64,000 bases of DNA. Origin: a candidate division WOR-3 bacterium. Lineage in GTDB: Bacteria > Hydrothermota > Hydrothermia > UBA1063 > CAJXJZ01. Under the pieces are notes generated by a model, which saw nothing but the letters and a program-made list of their open reading frames with translations, was not told where the DNA came from and did not search any database. This document shows positions 19,510-31,560 of the stretch, one piece after another. Position numbers and translations under genes: made by a program. The number at the start of each line of letters is the position of its first letter. Positions within the stretch are counted from its first letter, which is position 1. The stretch covers positions 8,438 through 72,437 of the forward strand of contig JALVYB010000003.1 of assembly GCA_027038175.1 (NCBI GenBank). The letters are read 5' to 3'.

Positions 19510-20083
19510 CCGTTTAAAAAGTGCTCTTACGAACCTTCCTTCTATAGGAGAAAAGAGCGCAGAGAGGATTACATTTTTTCTTCTCTCAAATAGAGAAATA
19601 GCAGAGGAAATAATAAATGCTTTAAGCGATACCATAAAAAACGTTCAGTTCTGCAAAAACTGCCACGGATTTTCAGATGGAGAAATATGCCATATATGCG
19701 AGGACACATTAAGAGAAAAGGTACTATGCATTGTTGAGAAACCAGAAGATGTTATCCTTCTGGAGAAAGTCCTTGGAAGGAAATGGTACTACCATGTGAC
19801 AGGTGGTGTAATTTCTCCTGCAAACAACAAAACACCTGATGACCTTCATTTAAAAGATATACCCGAGAGAATTAAAAAAGAACGTATTTTAGAGGTCGTA
19901 CTTGCACTACCACCGACCGTTGAGGGGGATACTACAGGTTATTACATAAAAGGACTAATCGAGCAAGAAGGGCTTAAGGTAAAAATTTCCCGCATATCAA
20001 GAGGTATCCCACGAGGGTCTGACCTATCCTTTCAGGATGGACAAACACTCAAAGACGCACTTATGGAAAGAAGGGAATTATGA
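19487..20083 (+). CDS. recR: recombination protein RecR
   Basis: 198 aa. LTNLPSIGEKSAERITFFLL HhH motif, C4 zinc finger CKNCHGFSDGEICHIC, Toprim region. Confidence 0.9.
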   Translation: MYKISYLDRLKSALTNLPSIGEKSAERITFFLLSNREIAEEIINALSDTIKNVQFCKNCHGFSDGEICHICEDTLREKVLCIVEKPEDVILLEKVLGRKWYYHVTGGVISPANNKTPDDLHLKDIPERIKKERILEVVLALPPTVEGDTTGYYIKGLIEQEGLKVKISRISRGIPRGSDLSFQDGQTLKDALMERREL

Positions 20084-21558
20084 AAAGGATATTTACTTTA
20101 CTGATTATACTCTTATCTTTGAGTTGCACCAGAAAGGAGCATACAATCGGCATCGTCTTTCCCTATTCTCCACTTACTTATGTCCCTAACAAAAAGGCAG
20201 AAATCGTTACCATAAGTGTGCTCATGAATTTTTACGACCCTTTAGTTAAGTTCGATGCCGATTTCAGACCAACGCCTGGACTTGCAGAATACTGGGAAAA
20301 TACAGATAGCATCACATGGGTCTTTCACCTGAGAAAAAACGCTAAATTTAAAACCGGGAAACCACTTTCTGCAGATGATGTAGTGTATACGTTCCACACT
20401 ATACAAAACGACCCAGAAAGCGACTACAGAGCGGACATATCCGATGTAAAAAACGTATATAGTACTGATTCAGAGACAGTTGTTTTCAAATTAAGAAAGC
20501 CATGCGCCACGTTCCTTGAGCGACTTTCTCAGATCCTCATAGTGCAGCAAAACTGCTCCGACTCTCTACTCAAGACTTTCTCATGTGGAACAGGCGCTTT
20601 AATATTCCAAAAAAAAGACAGAGAAGGCAATATAGAGGCTATTCCCAACGAGTATTATTTTGACAGGAAAGTGGATTTTGATAGAGTCCTTTTCATCTTC
20701 AAATCAGGGAACCTGTGCAAAATAACCAGTCAGAAGCATCACACAAGCTTGCTTTTTACATTTAACCCGAATGATTCCTGCAAAAACCTCCTTCATCTTT
20801 TAAGAATCCCGGGACCATTAAACTCAATAAGGTATATAGGCATAAACCTCAAAAAAACTATTTTAAGAAACAAAGACTTCAGGAAGGCACTATACTATAG
20901 CGTATGTCGGGAAAAAATAGCAGACAGCATATCTACCTATTACGGAAACACCATTATACCCGCTTATGAATTTGCACTTCCCACACAAATCGGCTTTATG
21001 GAAGTAAAGAACCCGGGGTGTAATCATGAAGCTGAGATACAGAATCTTCTTAAAAAAGCCGGTTACAGTGGAGAGACCATCCCTTTGCTTGTGTCAGAAA
21101 ACCGCTATGAATACGCAAGACTTATACAGAAGGACCTGAAGAAACATGGCATATTCACCACCATAGAGGCTGTGAAAGCACATGAAATTTTTAAAAGAGT
21201 TCAGGAAAATAGGGACTTTGACCTGTTTATTCTCGCGTTAATACCTCAATCTATAGATATCTATTCAGTTGCTCAAACCCACTTTCATACAAAAACCAAA
21301 GAGAAATATCTTGGCATTAGAAACTACATGGGATACTCCAATCCTTTGCTTGACTCCATTATTGAATCTACAGGTTCTCTTTTAAAGAAAAAAGAACGTG
21401 AACCTCATCTCAAAAAAATAGAAAGTATAATAACCCGTGACCTTCCTGTAATACCATTATTTTACGAAGGTAGCGTTTATTATTTATCTGAAGGACTCAG
21501 GTGGAAACCCCGCATTGACAGAATAGTTCTTGCCAATGAAATATCATTAAAAGAATGA
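20080..21558 (+). CDS. family-5 (peptide/nickel-type) solute-binding lipoprotein, no cognate ABC permease/ATPase nearby
   Basis: 492 aa. Lipobox LSLSC. GLAEYWENTDSITWVFHLRKNAKFKTGKPLSADDVVYTF resembles the SBP_bac_5 signature region. ATGA overlaps with recR and with the kinase gene. Confidence 0.7.
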   Translation: MKRIFTLLIILLSLSCTRKEHTIGIVFPYSPLTYVPNKKAEIVTISVLMNFYDPLVKFDADFRPTPGLAEYWENTDSITWVFHLRKNAKFKTGKPLSADDVVYTFHTIQNDPESDYRADISDVKNVYSTDSETVVFKLRKPCATFLERLSQILIVQQNCSDSLLKTFSCGTGALIFQKKDREGNIEAIPNEYYFDRKVDFDRVLFIFKSGNLCKITSQKHHTSLLFTFNPNDSCKNLLHLLRIPGPLNSIRYIGINLKKTILRNKDFRKALYYSVCREKIADSISTYYGNTIIPAYEFALPTQIGFMEVKNPGCNHEAEIQNLLKKAGYSGETIPLLVSENRYEYARLIQKDLKKHGIFTTIEAVKAHEIFKRVQENRDFDLFILALIPQSIDIYSVAQTHFHTKTKEKYLGIRNYMGYSNPLLDSIIESTGSLLKKKEREPHLKKIESIITRDLPVIPLFYEGSVYYLSEGLRWKPRIDRIVLANEISLKE

Positions 21559-23039
21559 GTATAAGAACCAAAATAAGTCTTATATACTCAGGGCTTTTTT
21601 TCGTTCTTATTTCTTTAAGTGGGATATTTTTTCTCCAGTATTTTATAGAGACAAATAAAACTGATATAACAAAGCATATCATGAACTATGCAGAGATTGC
21701 CACTCCTTCAATTGTTCACTCATATGAATTTTACAAAAATTCCTCCCCACTTCTTCTCTACAGAGAAATTTATCCCATTCTCGAAAATAATCCATACCTC
21801 GTATATATCGAGATAATAGCACCGGATGGCACTGTACTATTCAACTCCCAGAAAGCACGAATGGGTATAAACTATACTGAGAAGCTGCCTCCTAATTTAT
21901 TAAAAGCTGCAAAAAGGTTGTATCCGAGTACTATAATAGAGAATACGCATGTTCACGTGTTTATACCCTATATAGATGAATTCGGCAACCACCTTTATAC
22001 AATCCATTATCTCAACGACTTATCAGAGACTCTGCTCAGAATAAAACGCTCTCTGATGGTTATACTATTTATAATAATCGTCTCTATTATACTCTCTTTC
22101 ATCGTCTCCTCACTTATAGCAAGAGGCATAACTGCAAAATTAAACAAGTTAAAGAATACAGCATTTGAACTTGAAAAAGGAAATCTTAATGTAAAATTTT
22201 CGATAGATTCTCGTGATGAGATTGGTGAACTTGCCACTGTCTTCGAAAACATGAGAAAAACTATAAAACAGAATATTGAACGTCTGAGGAATACCCTCGA
22301 TGAACTTAAAGAACTCGACAGAATGAAGAACGAGTTCGTTGCAAATGTATCCCACGAACTTAAAACGCCACTCACATCGGCTATTGGATATATTTCACTG
22401 ATTAGCAAAAGAAAAATTGGATATGCGTCCGACGAGGTGCTTGGAGCATTGAAAATAGTTGAAAAAAATCTCAATGAGCTGTCCCTTAAGATAGATAGTA
22501 TACTTCAGATTTCTAAATTTCAAGTTGGGGCCAATCACCTTGCAATGCGAAATATTGACGTGGTAAAGATAGCAAGAAGATGTTATGACAATTACAGGCC
22601 TGTGGCAGAATTAAAGGGCATAGTATTAGAGTTTGACTCTGACGAAAGCGTTACAGTGTTTGGTGATGAAAAGAGTATTGAAAGTATGATTTGCAATCTT
22701 ATAGATAATGCTGTAAAATTTACTAATACAGGTAAAGTGGCTGTAAGGGTTAAAATGGGTAAAAATAAAAAATATGCGGTAATAGAAGTTGAAGATACAG
22801 GGATAGGAATTCCAGAAAAACATTTAAAAAGGATTTTTGATAGATTCTACCAGATAGAGAGTTCCAATGCACGAAGATTCGGTGGAATCGGACTTGGTCT
22901 CAGCATAGTAAAAGAGGTTGTTGACCTTCACGGAGGTATAATTCAGATAAGGAGTAAAGAAGGAGAGGGCACACTTTTTAAGGTTTTAATACCAGTGAAA
23001 GGGGGTGATATTAATGTCCAAAAAGATTCTGGTAATTGA
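21555..23039 (+). CDS. sensor histidine kinase (TM - extracytoplasmic domain - TM - HAMP - HisKA - HATPase)
   Basis: 494 aa. H-box FVANVSHELKTPLTS, N-box LIDNAVKFT, G-boxes VEDTGIGIP and GGIGLGLSIV. Confidence 0.85.
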   Translation: MSIRTKISLIYSGLFFVLISLSGIFFLQYFIETNKTDITKHIMNYAEIATPSIVHSYEFYKNSSPLLLYREIYPILENNPYLVYIEIIAPDGTVLFNSQKARMGINYTEKLPPNLLKAAKRLYPSTIIENTHVHVFIPYIDEFGNHLYTIHYLNDLSETLLRIKRSLMVILFIIIVSIILSFIVSSLIARGITAKLNKLKNTAFELEKGNLNVKFSIDSRDEIGELATVFENMRKTIKQNIERLRNTLDELKELDRMKNEFVANVSHELKTPLTSAIGYISLISKRKIGYASDEVLGALKIVEKNLNELSLKIDSILQISKFQVGANHLAMRNIDVVKIARRCYDNYRPVAELKGIVLEFDSDESVTVFGDEKSIESMICNLIDNAVKFTNTGKVAVRVKMGKNKKYAVIEVEDTGIGIPEKHLKRIFDRFYQIESSNARRFGGIGLGLSIVKEVVDLHGGIIQIRSKEGEGTLFKVLIPVKGGDINVQKDSGN

Positions 23040-23382
23040 TGACGATGATGATGTGAGAAACCTCATATACACTACTCTTTCTTCAGAAGGATACGATGTG
23101 ATAACAATGCCATCAGGCAAAGAGGCATTACAACTTCTTATGGATATAAATGTGGATTGTGTGTTATTGGATGTGATGATGCCAGAGATGGATGGATGGG
23201 AGACTCTCAGGATGATACGTGCCAGTGAAAACACAAAAGACCTGCCTGTTATTATGGTAACAGTTAAAGATTCAAGGGTGGACAAACTCACTGCAATTAA
23301 AGAAAAAGCAACGGATTATATAACCAAACCGTTTAATCCAGATGATTTAGTTGCAAAAGTGAGGGAAGTTCTCCATGAGTAG
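23014..23382 (+). CDS. single-domain response regulator (receiver only)
   Basis: MSKKILVIDDDDD..., phospho-acceptor context LLDVMMPEMDG, KPF near the C-terminus. ATG at 23014 is preferred over the track GTG at 23005 (GGGGG SD 8 nt upstream). Confidence 0.85.
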   Translation: MSKKILVIDDDDDVRNLIYTTLSSEGYDVITMPSGKEALQLLMDINVDCVLLDVMMPEMDGWETLRMIRASENTKDLPVIMVTVKDSRVDKLTAIKEKATDYITKPFNPDDLVAKVREVLHE

Positions 23383-24673
23383 TAAAAAAGAAAACAGAAT
23401 TCGCCTGGAATGGCTAAAGTATAAGTCCATTTTAAATTGTGAACTCAGCCATCTGGAAACAGTCAACCTTGGTGTGGAAAAAGTGCGCAATATGCTCGAA
23501 GATGGCCCTGTGGGTCTTCTTTATATTTACTTCGAAGGTGGAGAGGAAATAGAAGAGGAATACGGGTGGGAGGTTTATGACAACCTTATGGACTATATTA
23601 CACAGAATGTAAAGAAATGGCTTAGAGAACAGGGCATAAACCATGCAATTTATAAGCACTTTGCAAGAGGGGAATCCTTTATCATATTCCTTAGCGAATC
23701 TGGAGAGGAAGATATCAAAAAACTTGGTTTCTTTTTCAGAACAAATATAACCGAATTTGTAAAAAGCAGATACGGACCAAAGCTTGCATACGCTCTTGAG
23801 CCACGTTTTGGGTATTCTTTCATTTTTCAACAACCCATTCTAAGATTGGAAAGGCTAATAGAAAGAGCGCTAAGAGAAGCAATAAGAAAATCCGAGAACC
23901 CATTCAGAAACAAAAGAAACTACGTGAAGATAAGGGAACTCATTGAAAAAGAGGCACTTGAGATCTATTTTCAGCCTATAATAAATCTCAAACAAAACAG
24001 CATTTTTGGCTACGAGGCACTTTCGAGGGGAACGTTACAGGCATTTTACAGAGCACCAACTCTTTTATTTCAGATAGCAAGGGAATCAGGTTGTCTTATT
24101 GACCTTGAGAGACTTGCTGTCAAAAAGGCTATAAGTTCCGCAGAGAGTATAGGTAAAAAGAAACTCTTCATGAACACGAGTTCCCTGTATTTACAAAACC
24201 TCTCAAGAGAGATACGCTACATTCTTGGCTGGTTAAAAATTGAGAACCTATCCCCGGAGCAGGTTGTTTTTGAAATAACCGAAAAGAGTGCCATTACAAA
24301 CATGTCCTTCTTTAAGGCTTCAGTCAAAACCCTGCGGAAGATGGGGTTTTCAATAGCCATCGATGATGTGGGAACAGGATACTCATCCCTCGAGGTGCTG
24401 GCACAGCTTGAACCTCAGTATCTGAAATACGATAGGTCTTTAATAATTGACATCCACAAAAGTTATATTAAGAAGGAGCTCCTCAAATCCCTAATTAATT
24501 TCGCAGAAGGAATAAAGTCAAAAATCATCGTGGAAGGCGTGGAGAAAAAGGAAGAGCTGGACGTATTAAGGGATTTTGGGATTGAACTTGTTCAGGGTTT
24601 CCTTTTTGCCCGTCCATCTCCTGAAATAATAAAAAATATATCTGAAGATTCTTTGAAAAAAGAGGGTGACTAA
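23375..24673 (+). CDS. degenerate GGDEF-like domain fused to an EAL c-di-GMP phosphodiesterase domain
   Basis: 432 aa. N-half has GGDEF-fold spacing but RGESF in place of GGDEF. C-half has QPIINL...GYEALSRG, FEITE, DDVGTGYSSL, EGVE, QGFLFARP. Confidence 0.8.
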   Translation: MSSKKENRIRLEWLKYKSILNCELSHLETVNLGVEKVRNMLEDGPVGLLYIYFEGGEEIEEEYGWEVYDNLMDYITQNVKKWLREQGINHAIYKHFARGESFIIFLSESGEEDIKKLGFFFRTNITEFVKSRYGPKLAYALEPRFGYSFIFQQPILRLERLIERALREAIRKSENPFRNKRNYVKIRELIEKEALEIYFQPIINLKQNSIFGYEALSRGTLQAFYRAPTLLFQIARESGCLIDLERLAVKKAISSAESIGKKKLFMNTSSLYLQNLSREIRYILGWLKIENLSPEQVVFEITEKSAITNMSFFKASVKTLRKMGFSIAIDDVGTGYSSLEVLAQLEPQYLKYDRSLIIDIHKSYIKKELLKSLINFAEGIKSKIIVEGVEKKEELDVLRDFGIELVQGFLFARPSPEIIKNISEDSLKKEGD

Positions 24674-24710
24674 AATCCAAAGTCATAAAACGATTAAAAC
24701 AACAAAAAAA

Positions 24711-24828
24711 GGCGGGCTATAACCTACTCTCCCACACCCTCGCGGGTGCAGTACCATCGGCCTCCAGGGGCTTAACTTCCGGGTTCGGTATGTAACCGGG
24801 TGTGGCCCCCTGGGTATGATAGCCCGCC
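24711..24828 (-). rRNA. rrf: 5S ribosomal RNA
   Basis: 118 nt. Minus-sense GGCGGGCUAUCAUACCCAGGGGGCCACACCCGGUUACAUACCGAACCCGGAAGUUAAGCC...GGGAGAGUAGGUUAUAGCCCGCC has a typical helix I and loop motifs. By my hand count it has 75 G+C of 118. Confidence 0.9.
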
Positions 24829-24869
24829 TATAAAATTCAAAGTAAGACAAGAAAGTGGATTGAGGTAGA

Positions 24870-27883
<3,014 letters not shown>

Positions 27884-27941
27884 CTACCTCAATCCACTTC
27901 ATTTTCAAAGAGCGTAACTCACCTTTTTTGCAAGTGTTAAT

Positions 27942-27970
27942 ATTATACCCCCTCCGAAATGATTTGTCAA
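27942..27970 (-). promoter_or_regulatory. perfect consensus promoter TTGACA-17nt-TATAAT in front of the 23S-5S unit
   Basis: Minus-sense TTGACA (27970-27965), 17-nt spacer AATCATTTCGGAGGGGG, TATAAT (27947-27942). An A/T-rich stretch lies upstream. The -10 is about 45 nt from the processing stem. Confidence 0.7.
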
Positions 27971-28030
27971 GTACTTTTATACAAATAACCCAAAGATGTG
28001 AGAAAGCTATGTATTACAAGGGTTTAAAAT

Positions 28031-28061
28031 AAAAAAAGGGGCGCGCACGCGCCCCCTTTTT
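28031..28061 (-). terminator. rho-independent terminator after gdhA (symmetrical, A-run / T-run on both sides)
   Basis: AAAAAAA-GGGGCGC-gcac-GCGCCCC-c-TTTTT. On the minus strand the hairpin is followed by TTTTTTT. Confidence 0.7.
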
Positions 28062-28089
28062 ATTCTTTTATTATAAATAGGAGATACTC

Positions 28090-29445
28090 TTAGAGCACTC
28101 CGTAAGCGAGCATAGCCTTGGCTACTTTCAAAAATCCGGCGATATTGGCACCTGCAAGGAGGTCACCTGGCCTGCCGTATGCCTCGGCTGCCTCGATTGA
28201 CTGCTGGTAGATTTTCTTCATTATTTCCCTGAGCTTGTTATCCACTTCCTCTCTCGTCCACTGAAGTCTAATACTGTTCTGAGTCATCTCAAGACCTGAA
28301 ACAGCAACACCACCGGCATTAGCAGCCTTTGCAGGGCCAAACATAATTCCATTTTCCTGGAATACTCTTATTGCCTCGAGTGTAGAAGGCATATTGGCAC
28401 CTTCTGCAACAGCAATAACTCCAGCCTTCACGAGTGCCTCTGCATGGTCTTTATGTATTTCATTCTGGGTAGCACATGGAAGAGCCACATCAGCCTTAAG
28501 TCCCTCATCTCTTACCACATCCCACACGGACTTGCCCTCATAATAAGGTACATTGAACTTCTCTGCATACTCTTTAATCCTTCCTCTCTTCTCATTCTTA
28601 AGCCACATGAGAAATTCCCATTTCTCGCCCTTTACTCCATCCATATCAACAATGGTACCATTAGAATCTGAAAGCGTTATAACCTTTCCACCAAGTTGGT
28701 TTATTTTCTCCACCGTGTACTGTGCAACATTACCAGCACCACTCACCAGGACTGTTTTTCCACTAAAGTCCTGCCCTTTCGAGGCAAGCATTTCTGAAGC
28801 GTAATAAACAAGTCCATAGCCTGTAGCCTCAGGTCTTATCAAACTTCCTCCATATTCGAGGCCTTTACCTGTAAGCACTCCTGTGTGCTCATTTACTATC
28901 TTTTTATACATTCCATAGAGAAAGCCTATTTCTCTTCCGCCAACACCAATATCACCTGCTGGCACATCTGTATCAGGACCTATATGCCTGTAAAGCTCCT
29001 GCATAAAAGCATGGCAGAATCTCATTACTTCTGCGTCAGATTTCCCCTTGGGATCAAAATCGGAACCGCCCTTTGCACCACCCATTGGGAGGGTTGTCAA
29101 AGCATTTTTGAATATCTGCTCAAAACCAAGGAATTTAATGATTCCAAGATAGACTGAGGGATGGAACCTAAGCCCACCCTTATACGGACCTATAGCACCG
29201 TTGAACTGAACTCTGTAGCCTCTGTTTACATGAATCTCGCCCTTATCATCATGCCACACAACCCTGAACATCACCACCCTGTCAGGCTCTACAATCCTTT
29301 CATATATCTTTGCCTTCACGAACTCAGGGTGCTTTTCCTCTGTGGGTTTTAGGGTGGTTAGTACCTCTTCCACCGCCTGTATGAACTCTGGCTGGTCCTT
29401 ATCCTTTTCCTTTACCTTTGCTATTACATCGTCTATCATAGACAT
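28090..29445 (-). CDS. gdhA: NADP-type glutamate dehydrogenase
   Basis: 451 aa. GGLRFHPSV, LPMGGAKGGSDFDPKG, GPDTDVPAGDIGVG, VSGAGNVAQY motifs. Confidence 0.95.
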   Translation of the reverse strand: MSMIDDVIAKVKEKDKDQPEFIQAVEEVLTTLKPTEEKHPEFVKAKIYERIVEPDRVVMFRVVWHDDKGEIHVNRGYRVQFNGAIGPYKGGLRFHPSVYLGIIKFLGFEQIFKNALTTLPMGGAKGGSDFDPKGKSDAEVMRFCHAFMQELYRHIGPDTDVPAGDIGVGGREIGFLYGMYKKIVNEHTGVLTGKGLEYGGSLIRPEATGYGLVYYASEMLASKGQDFSGKTVLVSGAGNVAQYTVEKINQLGGKVITLSDSNGTIVDMDGVKGEKWEFLMWLKNEKRGRIKEYAEKFNVPYYEGKSVWDVVRDEGLKADVALPCATQNEIHKDHAEALVKAGVIAVAEGANMPSTLEAIRVFQENGIMFGPAKAANAGGVAVSGLEMTQNSIRLQWTREEVDNKLREIMKKIYQQSIEAAEAYGRPGDLLAGANIAGFLKVAKAMLAYGVL

Positions 29446-29532
29446 GTTTTACAACCTCCTTGTGTTTGGTTGTTTAAAGCCCCTTCGGGCGGTTTCCGGT
29501 TTATAATCACCATAGATTTTGTTCACGCTAAA

Positions 29533-29561
29533 ATTATAATGAACTTTGCACATAGGGTCAA
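29533..29561 (-). promoter_or_regulatory. sigma70-type promoter TTGACC-17nt-TATAAT for gdhA
   Basis: Minus-sense TTGACC (29561-29556), 17-nt spacer, TATAAT (29538-29533). Roughly 80-nt leader ending in AAGGAGGT. Confidence 0.6.
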
Positions 29562-29599
29562 GTTTTAATAAACCCCTAACTTTACATGAAACAACCACT

Positions 29600-29953
29600 T
29601 CAGGCATCATGCAATTTTTCCAATGCTAATTTCAACGCCTCTTCAATGGATATGTTTTTCTTAAGCAATGGAATCATTTTCTTACCCTGTTTTTTCAATC
29701 TCTCCCTGTTCCGTCTTCCCATTGAGTGACCAACCAGAACATCAACATCCCTGAGAAGTTCCTTTATTAATCCTGCTTTTTTTTCATCATCATGCCTATT
29801 AATTCCAAGCTTTTCGTCAGTATAAGGATTTTCTCTTTCTTCCAGAAATACGAAGTTGCCATCCCTGTATTCGTATATTACATACTTTTCAGCATCTCCG
29901 AAATGGCCAAATCGTAAACTCTTCCCATCATCCGTGGCAACCGCAAACTTCAT
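29600..29953 (-). CDS. NifB/NifX-family (dinitrogenase Fe-Mo cofactor-binding fold) small protein
   Basis: 117 aa. MKFAVATDDGKSLRFGHFGDAEKYVIYEY... is typical of stand-alone NifX/NifB-like domain proteins. Confidence 0.65.
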   Translation of the reverse strand: MKFAVATDDGKSLRFGHFGDAEKYVIYEYRDGNFVFLEERENPYTDEKLGINRHDDEKKAGLIKELLRDVDVLVGHSMGRRNRERLKKQGKKMIPLLKKNISIEEALKLALEKLHDA

Positions 29954-29983
29954 ACACTCCTCCTGTATATCCTATATGTGAAA

Positions 29984-30012
29984 ATTTTAATTTAATCCTT
30001 TTGTTTGTTCAA
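29984..30012 (-). promoter_or_regulatory. candidate promoter TTGAAC-17nt-TAAAAT for the NifX-like gene
   Basis: Minus-sense TTGAAC (30012-30007), 17-nt spacer, TAAAAT (29989-29984). Confidence 0.5.
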
Positions 30013-30215
30013 CCCTGCTCTCTTCCTCAAAATTAGAGTTTACCGAAGTATTCTGATTATGTTGTCTCATAATGATTTAACCTCCTTTTATGTGTGTATT
30101 TTTGTTCTTATGATTATGAACCTTCTCAAGTTGATTATACAATTTTACAATGGTTCTGTTGATTTTCACAATATCAAGACTTTTCTTAAACTCTTTAAGG
30201 GTTGGGGGTATAAGG

Positions 30216-31554
30216 AAAAATTGTGTAAGGTGTGGTATAATAAAAAGGGTGTGTAACAAAAATTTGTAAAAGATTTAATAAAGGAGGACGGAGATGAGGA
30301 GGAGAAGTGGAGAAAATACATCTTCAAAGGAGCATATAGAGGCATTGGCGAGAGAATATCTTGAGAGGATGCAGCGAGGGGAGAATATAACGATAATATC
30401 GATATTAGAGGAATTACTTAACGCATTTATGGTAGCATAGAGGGATTTATATTTATCGTCAGTGAGGAATAATCAAGCGAACGGATTTTATAAGAGGGGA
30501 TTAACATTAACCATGGGGGACCTGAATTTAAAAGTTCCGAGGGTAAGATATGGTAACACATTCAGGCCATCATTATTACCGGAGAAATGGAAGCGAGTAG
30601 ACAAAGATTACGAGAATTTATTAGTTGCCCTATTAGCGAATGGATATACCAGGGCGAGGATAAAGAATACATTAGAGGGATTAAATTTACCATACAGTGA
30701 GGAGAGCATAGAAGATCTTGTGAATTTAATATATGACCACTTACAATTTTACAAAGATAGCACGTTAGAGGAGGAGATGTTTGCAGTATTCATAGATGCC
30801 TATCATGGCAAGTTACGGGATGAAGAGGGGAAAGTAAAAGATATAAGCATTTATGTAAGTGTAGGGATAAACATGGAGGGGCATAAGACCATAATAGGAT
30901 GGTGGGTAAAGAGGGGTCGAGAGAACAAGGCATTTTGGGCAGAAGTATTACAGGACATAGTATCAAGGGGATTAAGCAGAGTAGGTATATTTGTCACCGA
31001 TGACTTTTCAGGTCTTCGTGGCATATTACGTCAATATTTTCCTTTATCCGACCATCAGCTTTGTTTTGTACATTTACAGAGGAATTTAAGGAGAGAATTT
31101 GGAGAAACATACAAAGAGATAAAGGTAGAATTAAAGAAAATAAAAGACAGTTACACGAAGGAGGAAGCAGAAGGATACTGGAGCAGGTTAATAGAGATAG
31201 TAAGGAAAATAAAACCCAAAAGAGCAAAAGAACTTGAAGAGAAGAAAGATAATTACCTTGCCTTTACGCAGTATCCTGAAGAGATAAGGAAATACATCTA
31301 TACAACCAACACAGTGGAGAGTATAAATTCAGGGCTTGAATTAATGAGAATGGAACTTGGAGGATATTTTCCGTCAATAAAATCATTGGAAGTCAATTTA
31401 TTTATACAGCTAAGCAATTTAAATGACAGATGGATGAGGAAACCAATAGGAGTAATAAGAGGGAATCTTTACAGAATACATCAATTGATGAATATTAAAT
31501 TTGGAGCTCAAGATTATGCTCTTGACCGTTCGGATGATTGATTACACAATTTTT
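30216..31554 (+). mobile_element. IS256-family insertion sequence (about 1.34 kb)
   Basis: Perfect 13-bp terminal inverted repeat: AAAAATTGTGTAA (30216-30228) and TTACACAATTTTT (31542-31554). It brackets a Transposase_mut-type gene. The flanks are similar in direct orientation (GGGGGTATAAGG at 30204-30215; GGGGTAAG at 31555-31562). Confidence 0.75.
30294..31541 (+). pseudogene. IS256-family (mutator-type) transposase interrupted by one in-frame TAG
   Basis: ATG at 30294 (AAGGAGG SD) gives MRRRSGENTSSKEHIEALAREYLERMQRGENITIISILEELLNAFMVA, then TAG at 30438-30440. The same frame continues RDLYLSSVRNNQANGFYKRGLTLTMGDLNLKVPRVRYGNTF... into the 359-aa track ORF (FIDAYHGKL..., VTDDFSGL..., CFVHLQRN...). 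Confidence 0.75.
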
Positions 31555-31560
31555 GGGGTA

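Noticed and set aside
28391-28406. TGGCACCTTCTGCA, a sigma54-like -24/-12 element
   Set aside because: The GG-to-GC spacing is 2 nt too short, and it lies inside gdhA on the antisense strand.
29446-29532. Roughly 80-nt gdhA leader with a small GCCC-GAAG-GGGC hairpin, considered as a glutamine or other riboswitch
   Set aside because: It has a 4-bp stem only and no resemblance to the glnA/glutamine riboswitch consensus as I remember it.
29987-30070. 27-codon minus-strand ORF (MRQHNQNTSVNSNFEEESRVEQTKGLN) preceded by AAGGAGGT
   Set aside because: The SD-to-ATG spacing is long (about 10 nt), it overlaps the NifX-like gene promoter, and I can assess no conservation. It may be debris from the element into which the IS inserted.
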